Shown in pieces: positions 51,754 to 59,813 of a stretch of 59,813 bases of DNA. The notes beneath the pieces are model-generated. The model did no database searches, was not told the DNA's origin, and was given only the letters and a program-made list of their open reading frames with translations. Source of the DNA: Bigelowiella natans CCMP2755 (Eukaryota; Protista; Cercozoa); the NCBI GenBank assembly GCA_000320545.1, contig ADNK01000441.1:1-59813 (forward strand), given 5' to 3'. Numbering within the stretch: position 1 is the stretch's first letter; the number at the start of each line of letters is the position of its first letter. The translations under genes and the position numbers were made by a program.

Positions 51754-52079
51754 TGTAGCGCGTACCACTACGCGGGCACAAGTCACGTGCGACAACAAAG
51801 GGGTTGTCGCGGATATAGAATATAGATAACGTAGATATTAATACAGCATAGGCACGTGGGTTCCGGCGGGACTCATGGCAGCACACCGGAAGTGTGCTGC
51901 CCCACGTGCGGCGGCATTCGCGAAAGCTTCGCGAATGATTACGCAGTGCACGATTTAATAAAAATATAATCTTTAATAAAAATAAACACAACTCTTCAAA
52001 AGGAAGCAAACGTGCCTTTCCCCCCCCCTGCCTACTTGTGCACGTAGCGCCTCGGCCTGTGAACACCTTACGCGCAACA
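51754..52079 (+). repeat. 3' LTR
   Basis: No mismatch to the 5' LTR seen on manual comparison. Confidence 0.97.
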
Positions 52080-52609
52080 TTCGTTCAACTCGTGCTGCTC
52101 TGACACGGAGGAACGATGTGCACGTGACACGATGACGTTTCTACCCTTTGTAACTGAGATGCCTGTCGCCATTGCGATTCCTCCTGGATTAGCGCTTCGT
52201 TGGACTACTTCTTTTGAACAAGCATGAGAATCCGTTGTATGACAACCGATATGATCACGTGGTGCAGTACGTTGACAGTGGGATTCTTATGATCGCGACA
52301 AGTACAACGAGGATTTTCCCGCATAAATGCTGGAGATTCGGGGAAAAGTACAGGCAACGTCGCCCGGGTCTCATCACGTGATGTACATGTTCAGAAAAAC
52401 ACCGGATCTTCAGAGTTCTTCAGAGTTCTTCTCATTATCGCTCCTGGAGATGGTTCGCCGTTGATATTTATTAATTCTGCTCTGGATAGTCCTGTCGTAC
52501 ATAAAAAAAGGAATATATTTTCAGAAAATCTGTCGCAAAATTGGCGCGGTTTGGGAGTCCAGCTGGCACATTTCAAACTTCCGCCCTCCCCATCAATTCG
52601 TCGAACACC

Positions 52610-53986
52610 ATGTTTCTGGCCTCTGCTTCCCCAAAGACACCTCCCCTCAACGCAAAGAGGGAGAAGGGGTACAATTTTGCTACTGAAGAGGCATACGAGT
52701 ACTCAGACGGAGACTATGATTTACGGTCACTGTCGCCCTCCTCCACCGATACTGCCTCCGATTCGGAGGACTCCAGCACGACGGAATTCGTCGTGACTTC
52801 TCGTAAATGCTTCTTGGACAACCTGTCTGAGAGCAAGAGAAAATTATGCCTGAAGGAGAGGATAAGAAATTACTGCCTGAATCCCACGCCACAGCGGTTC
52901 GACAAGCCGTCATTGCCTGCCTTTGTCTTCGATATCGATGGAGTCTTCAAGAACGGAGGCAAATATGCCGATTTCGGGGCTAAAGCGATTAGGAAGCTAC
53001 AGAAGGCCAACATTCCATACGTATTTATGACCAACGGAGGTGGCGGACGGACCGAGGCGCAGTACGCAGATGTAATGAACAAGAAACTTGCCGAATTCGA
53101 CTCCGAGATGCTTGGCGACGCGAAGTACGTGAGCGAGCAGCAGATGATCCTGAGCTACACCCCCTTTGCAACCCACCTTGACCACCTAAAAAATGACCCT
53201 GTGATGATTGTTGGCTGCCCTAGGGCTATAAATGCTGCGAAGTCGTACGGATTTACCAAGGCGATGAGCCTTTCCGACTACACACGGAAACACTCGACCA
53301 TGAACCCCTTCGGCAAAGCCGGCTGCGAAAAGGACAGCAAGGTGATAAAAAATGAGAAGGAAACCTGGAATGAGAAGATAAAGGCTATCCTGGTCTTCAC
53401 AGATCCGTCTGATTTCTTCGAAGCGCTGCAAGTGCTTACTGATCTCCTCCTCTCTAGTCGTCCCGGGGAGAAGGAATACGAACGCCACCATCGCATCCCA
53501 ATAGTGTTCTCTAATCCAGATCTACTCTGGAAAACACAGTACGCTCACGCTAGATTTGGGCAGGGAGCGTTCCGTCTGTCTCTTGAGGCGTGCTACAAAG
53601 CGAGAATGCAGGCTATGGGTCTTGACGAAGATGAGATCCAGCAGCGCCTTGGCGACTTTGTCCAATTTGGAAAGCCGGAAAACAGTCAATTTTTCCATGC
53701 GCGCGAAGCTGCAATAAAGAGAGCAGAGAGCAACGGGTGCAGCATATCGCACTTCTACATGATAGGGGATAACCCTCGGTCTGACATCACTGGAGCTGTC
53801 CGCATGCAAGGAGTAGCCGAGGCGAAGAAACTCTCGCACTGGTCAGGGATGCTCGTCCGTACAGGCGTCTGGCAGGATGGCGACAAAACCATGGGAGCCA
53901 AGGGCATTTTCGACGATGTCGTTGAAGTGATAGATGAGGTTCTCAAGAAGCATCGTCGGGAGTTGCTTTCTTTCCAGAAATCGTGA
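52610..53986 (+). CDS. HAD-IIA hydrolase, HDHD5/CECR5-like (458 aa, intronless)
   Basis: FVFDIDGVF (motif I), MTNGGG (II), SNPDLLW...RFGQGAF, GKP (III), MIGDNPRSDITGA (IV), LVRTGV. Confidence 0.9.
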   Translation: MFLASASPKTPPLNAKREKGYNFATEEAYEYSDGDYDLRSLSPSSTDTASDSEDSSTTEFVVTSRKCFLDNLSESKRKLCLKERIRNYCLNPTPQRFDKPSLPAFVFDIDGVFKNGGKYADFGAKAIRKLQKANIPYVFMTNGGGGRTEAQYADVMNKKLAEFDSEMLGDAKYVSEQQMILSYTPFATHLDHLKNDPVMIVGCPRAINAAKSYGFTKAMSLSDYTRKHSTMNPFGKAGCEKDSKVIKNEKETWNEKIKAILVFTDPSDFFEALQVLTDLLLSSRPGEKEYERHHRIPIVFSNPDLLWKTQYAHARFGQGAFRLSLEACYKARMQAMGLDEDEIQQRLGDFVQFGKPENSQFFHAREAAIKRAESNGCSISHFYMIGDNPRSDITGAVRMQGVAEAKKLSHWSGMLVRTGVWQDGDKTMGAKGIFDDVVEVIDEVLKKHRRELLSFQKS

Positions 53987-54899
53987 GAAAGCGAGGACCA
54001 CCGAAGAAATCAATCACCTGGCAGAATTCAGACGCCATGGTAGATGACATAAGGCCTTCGACCTTACCTTCACATGCATGCGGGCGGGCCAATGCCTCCG
54101 CTGCTCGTTAATAGGCTTTTTTAAAAATCTGAGAGGATCGTTCCTAATCGAACATCCTCTCTTTCTTCTTCTTCTTCCTCCGATTAAGGCATAATGAACG
54201 AGTTTTAGGTTCTAACTTGCATTCAAAATAAATCATCGCCGATCCGGTGGAAGATCGCCACTGTACAGATCAGATTTTGGGATCGCAGTGCGGCCGACGC
54301 TGATAAGATGGCTGGAATCAAAAGTACTTTAATATTCCAGCTTGCACAATGAAGCTCATACAGAAGTGCTGAAACGACTGCGAGCTTGTGCGCAAACCAT
54401 TATTTGGCAATGGTAGCCATTAATAATTCAATATTTAATACACGATTATTACTTTGAAAATAGTGCATGCTTGCGAAGATAACGCGCACATTTAAATGTC
54501 GTGCGCCGTGCTAGCCTGTGTCGCTGGTGTTGAGCAGCTGGGACATATATGTGCACAATCGGTACACGTGCGCGGGCGTGATGATTACACATGCTACCAC
54601 GTCTAAATGTGTGTTAGAACTAATAAGTAGACCAGCATACTCGTCCCTCGTAGTTATTACACATGCATAGCCTCATGCGATTATAATTGTCGCATTGCGT
54701 GACATGAGCTAGTGAGGCTATAAGGCGTACGTCAGTGCGCGCATATTCATCTTGCCACGCTAGTACGACGGCGACGTGAGACAGATGTAATGAACAAATT
54801 AAGTTCGTTTAATGCTAGAATTGCTAGAATGGCTGATGGGTATACTAGTATATCTGATATCGATGAATTATAGCGTACATTGTGCTTAGCTTTGCATAT

Positions 54900-55065
54900 A
54901 GCTACGTACATTGCTAGATTGGGATGCGTATGACTGTTGATTTTTTTTCCCACATCATTACATCCGTCTCATATGTAGCACATTGACAATTGAAATATTT
55001 AATCACTTCGTTACATCCACCTTATGCATATTTATGACTATAGCTAATAACATCCGTCTCATATG
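54900..55065 (+). repeat. Two to three degenerate copies of the dispersed ~65-bp repeat
   Basis: cattacatccgtctcata at 54956-54973, tttaatcacttcgttacatcc at ~54998-55018, and acatccgtctcatatg at 55050-55065. Confidence 0.6.
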
Positions 55066-55310
55066 ACGTGGAGCCATCCTTGCTAGCTAGGTACGTCGTC
55101 TAATCGTATGCGCCAAGCTAGCAAGATAGACGCACACATCACATTTTAATGAAAAGAAAAATAAACGACACTGCGTAACACAGCATTGAATTAATTCCAG
55201 AGGACAAACGATACGTACAGGTCCTTGCCGTCTACCGTAGGCTCCATTACTAGGTCATGCCCACCTATGGGAATGTTTTCAGGTACATGAACGGAAATCA
55301 TCGGTGCATT

Positions 55311-55699
55311 TTATACGCCGTCGCTTATTTCGGGTGCTATGTGACTAAAGAGAGCCTTTCAGAGGTCAATGCGCGAGACAGTGATGAAGAGCAGCAAACA
55401 AGCAAGCGAACAAACCTTGCGGGCAATTGTACGTTACGACAACGCAGTTCTTCGCGATGCCTTTCATGACTTTGCCATCCGGATCCGCTAGCTTGACCTT
55501 GAATACACGGTCACAATGTATGATGATTTTGAAATACAAGTTCCGCAGGCGGCGCAATGCAACATCTACCTTGTGAGTGTCGATAAAGAACTCCACTTCT
55601 GAGGCCAAGTCGATGACATTGTGGGGCTTCCTCCAACCTGGGAGGGGGGATTTACAGCAGCGTGGATCAGCAACTTCGTCAATTACAAAGCAAGATCGC

Positions 55700-55736
<37 letters not shown>

Positions 55737-55805
55737 GCACAGAGAGAGAGAGAGAGAAATACATACAGAAATAAATAAATTTATGCAAACATATATATGT
55801 AAATA

Positions 55806-55842
<37 letters not shown>

Positions 55843-56088
55843 TCTGCTACTAGTATTGCTGCTGTTGCATGCTCTTGACACGTTTCGACATTTACTTCAC
55901 TCACCATATGTAGGCTCACAGACGATGACGGTGCCAGCTTTGACGTGATGCAAACGAAACGATAAAGGCCCGTCGGCGCGACTTCCCTGCAAAGAAGATG
56001 ATGATATCCGGTATGTTGAGATATCGTCGTCGTTGTCGTAGTAGCAAAAGTACCATCTCAAAGTAAGTATGTAAAGCAACTGCAAGCA

Positions 56089-56139
<51 letters not shown>

Positions 56140-56254
56140 GCACACCTTGTAGGCGTATTTCCGGTCCAAATATCCAGTGCCAAAACGCTTGACCTCCTCA
56201 ACTGATGACGACGACGATGATGGCAAGAGTGGGACAAATGACAACGATGATGTC

Positions 56255-56289
<35 letters not shown>

Positions 56290-56734
56290 CGAGGACAAGG
56301 AGGAGGAGGTGAAGTTGACTGAAAAGAATGGGTTCGCATAGAAAACATGCAGAATCTCCAGAGGACAATGGGAGAAGGGACAAGGAGGGACATTAGGTAC
56401 TACTTGCGGTGTTGTCTGCCGGAGCCAAGACCTTCTTGTAGTTGTCATTCTTTATCTGCGCGGCGAGGAGCAGCAGAAAACAAAGCAAAGTATACGCTTC
56501 GGTTAACGTCCCATCGTCCTCTAGTTTGATGGGTTTCGCACATGCAGCACAAAAGACGCTGCTACTTCTTCTTCGTTCACTCTACTGCTTACTGCATTTA
56601 TGCTGCCGTACTGCTACTACGTTACCAGATCGATGAGACCGCGGCCTTGCCGGGGCTCGTAGCTAGGATCATCACAACAGCGATATATTCAGAGAGGGAG
56701 TGGGAGGAGAGGGGGGAAGGGGGGGAGAGGGGGA

Positions 56735-56779
<45 letters not shown>

Positions 56780-57304
56780 AGCACACCAAGTAAGAGGGGA
56801 GGAGATAAGAAGTTGATTGAATAAGATACGGAAACAGAGATAGCGAGGGGGGGCTTTAATTTATTTGGGAGTCAATCACTTTACCCATTTCTCTCCCCCT
56901 CCCCCCTCTCTCTTTATCACCTCGTAGAGCAATGAAACGCTGTGTGGCAGAACAGCTCCTTGGAATCCTTGCACTTGCGTGAGTCGGGAAAATCCGTGAC
57001 CTATGAATGTATATGATGGGAGGGTGGGCAGCAAATTAATGTACGGAAATGAACTCTGTTGGCATGTATTATAATTCTTTCCTTCTGTCTTTTCAATCTA
57101 TACTATCATCCTGCCCCCCCCCCCCCCAACATCTCTCTCCTCGTGTGTTAATGGACTCAAAAATGTGAGGATTCTGCCCACTCCTAACCCTTCTCCTTCC
57201 CTCCCCCATACTTGGCTTTGGAGGAGCTTTTTCAAGTTCAGAGGAGGGGGGATGGGGGATGCCGACAACCTGAGAGATGAGATCGCACGCTTATACACCA
57301 AATG

Positions 57305-57344
<40 letters not shown>

Positions 57345-57816
57345 GCATATATCATATGGATATTGTATATTGAGATCTACATTGTCTCTGTGTGTTGCAA
57401 GTATTTAGGAATTGAGAGAGGTAAGTGAGACGAAGAAAATAACAACTACTTGTGATAAAAGCTCCTCCGATTTTAGATCCATCTACCCCCCCCCCTCAAA
57501 AGACCACCTTTCAATTTCCTTCTCTATGGCGGATTTAAGCATGTCCATATAGTTAAAACTCAGCAACTTGCCGAATATCTGAGATGATAAGGGGAGGGGG
57601 GGGGGCAAAGATTGGTCCCTCGTTGGAGAACAGAGACTGCTACTGCAAGTACTACGAGTACTATCTCAAGCATACCTGATGTTCTTTTGGAGCTGGATGC
57701 CATGATGCTTGTCCTGAGAAGCAACAGCAGCAGCAGCAATGATAGTGGTGGTGGTGGTTGTTGTTGTTGTTGTTGTTGCTGTTGTTGTTCTAAGAGTGGA
57801 AAATGTTTCGGTTTAG

Positions 57817-57853
<37 letters not shown>

Positions 57854-58301
57854 TGAATGTGTTTTCTCCCATACGAGGTGTCATGCAAAGAGCATATCCG
57901 ACCCCCTTCGTCGTGCGTTGGCTTGAGTCGGTATATAATCTCTTCTCTCTCTCTCTCGCTCTCTCTCTCGCTCTCGCTCTCTCACCTGGCAGCCCTTTCC
58001 TTGAGTACCATCGCAGATTCTGTGGGTGTGGGGGGTGGCTGTCATCAGAGGCAGATGCGGAGGTGAAGGAGAAGAAGAAGAAGAAGAAGAATAAGAGACA
58101 ACACTGTATGCGACAACCGTGAGTGCCTCGGGTGTCGGATGGTCGCTTTTGGATCGAAGCTCGATGAAGTTGTCCCACCCTGCTCAACATAGAAGAAGAA
58201 GGAGAAAAAGAAGAAGAAGAAGGAGGAGAGGGGAGGAGAGGAAGAAGACATAAAAGCATCTAATGGTCATCATCACGGAGTGTATGTGTATGTGTGTCTG
58301 T

Positions 58302-58344
<43 letters not shown>

Positions 58345-58895
58345 ACATCTGTAAGGGAAGGCAACCCCTTTGTTCTTCTTATTTACGTGTTGTATGAATG
58401 CTACGGAGATGATATCACTAAGAACCACTCACCGCCCTTTCCCCGCTCAGAGTCCGGGATCTTGACCTGGGTATATCTTTCAGAGAATGAACGAAGGAAG
58501 AGGAAGAGGAGGAGGAGGAGGAGGAGGAGGAGGAGGAGGAGGAGGGAATGAAAGAAGAGATCATAACAGCATCAATCATCAGGAGCAGCCGCAAGAATTA
58601 GCAGCAAACTTCGGGAAAAAGTCGTCTGACTACTCAGAACTTGCTACTACGGCTGGCTACCTACTGCTACTGAGAAAGACAGAGATAGCAGTCACAAGAA
58701 ATGCTTGGAAGGATATTGAGCAAGAGGAATGTAATAGGGTTATGATCTCATAATCCTCCCTTTCCTCCTCCCCTCCTCCTCGTCGTCGTCGTCGCTGCTC
58801 TCGACATTACCTTTCTCTTAGGGTGGGCGCAGACCAGAAAGCATGCACAGGTGCCCCTGTCACCCGGCCGTAGTGAATTGCGACTCCTCGGCTGA

Positions 58896-58931
<36 letters not shown>

Positions 58932-59813
58932 CGTGTGTGAGTGTGTGAGTGTGTGAGTGTGTACGTGTGTAAAGACGAAAGGGAGGGCATGAGTGCTATC
59001 GCCCTTCTTCTCCCCCCTCTTCCTCCTACCGGTATTGATCCAAAGCAGGGATATTCTGGGAGGAGATTGCACCACCTGGACAACAAATAAGTATATATAT
59101 ATATGATTTAACGCGTGTGTGTGTGTGCGCGCGCGGGTGCGTAAAAGCGCCCTCATATTGCGCTAATGGACGATAATATTGCCACTTATTTGCTACTGCA
59201 TCATCATCATCACCCTCATCATCATTCTCCCTTTCTTCTTCTCCCTACTCGTCCGTGTTTCTACTACTACTACTGCAAAAACTACTAGTACTACTATCGT
59301 TCCTGACCGGAGCTGTCATCTAACAACTGATTCGCATACCCGGCCATGAACAAAATGGCTGTTGGATTGTGGAAAACACGAAGAGCAGAGAAAAACAACA
59401 ACAAGGCAATGGCCATTGTAGAGGAAACCAAGGTGGAGAGAGGACAAGCAACGCCTTCATTTGTTCAGGAGGGGAGGTGGGGGGGGGGGGGGCTATCTCA
59501 TGGAGCTTTATCCGACCAGGTTTTGATTCAATCTTGAGGACTTGCTGGAGCCATCCCTCTGTGAAATGCCTGGTGCATAAAAGTGTTAGCGTAAGACAGA
59601 CAGACAGAGAGAGAGAAAGAGAGAGAGAGGGGGGGAGAGAGAGAGGATGATGAGAGTCTTATGTATATTTGCTGCATCATCGTATCGCTAATCATTCGCT
59701 AGCAGGAGATCCATCATCAGCGTGACACAGTGACGCATTACGATCTCCCGGCCTCCATCATTCCAAAGTCCTACATGAGGGGGGGGGGTAGACGCAAAGA
59801 AACCAATCGGTCG
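55311..59813 (-). CDS. 3' part of a many-exon gene, probably an SGNH/GDSL-like esterase; 5' end beyond the window
   Basis: Phase-compatible chain QASWHPAPKEHQ|IFGKLLSFNY...|VTDFP...HCSTS|YEPRQGRG...|GTGYLDRKYAYK|GSRADGPL...VCEPTYG|WRKP...|APEISDGV*. WHPxxxxH resembles SGNH block V; DFGMM exon at ~59745-59772. The function is inference. Confidence 0.55.

Larger units (their letters stand above)
46364..52079 (+). mobile_element. Complete Ty3/Gypsy-order LTR retrotransposon (5,716 bp)
   Basis: 326-bp TG...CA LTRs that read identical; 4-bp TSD TTCG (46360-46363 / 52080-52083); PBS and PPT present; single intact gag-pol ORF in PR-RT-RH-IN order. Confidence 0.97.

Noticed and set aside
55577-59650. 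Many short ORFs with CVCVCV, THTHTH, RERERE or IYIYIY runs
   Set aside because: Translations of intronic microsatellites.
1-59813. CRISPR arrays, rRNA or tRNA genes
   Set aside because: No repeat-spacer periodicity and no rRNA or cloverleaf sequence recognised; the only tRNA-like match is the PBS.

Overview
Eukaryotic (protist-like) nuclear DNA with many short spliceosomal introns, often filled with microsatellites, so most genes had to be rebuilt by hand from GT/GC-AG exon chains and the ORF track is largely noise. Genes in order: a UCP/KMCP1-like mitochondrial carrier (partial), MDP1 phosphatase, a giant (~4,500 aa, ~20 exon) calpain with discoidin, Kelch, SPRY, RanBP2/NZF-finger and galectin-fold domains, CFAP99, an active myotubularin with an N-terminal helical extension, an inverted pair of intronless secreted CHRD genes bracketing a YJU2B/CCDC130 gene, an SLC35A nucleotide-sugar transporter, an SLC25A32-like carrier, a complete and very young Ty3/Gypsy-type LTR retrotransposon, an HDHD5/CECR5-like HAD-IIA hydrolase and the 3' part of an SGNH-like gene. 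Two signals stand out. (1) The LTR element's polyprotein ends, after integrase, in a ~125-aa domain resembling the Dam-like adenine-methyltransferase domain of DIRS elements, with a degenerate catalytic motif. (2) Non-genic or decayed DNA is almost free of TpA (a 507-nt stretch has none; in the element's insertion flank 9 of 12 surviving TpA are in CTAG) while CpG is retained, suggesting a context-specific A-to-G hypermutation process. The element sits inside one such tract. All domain calls are by eye; no searches were run.
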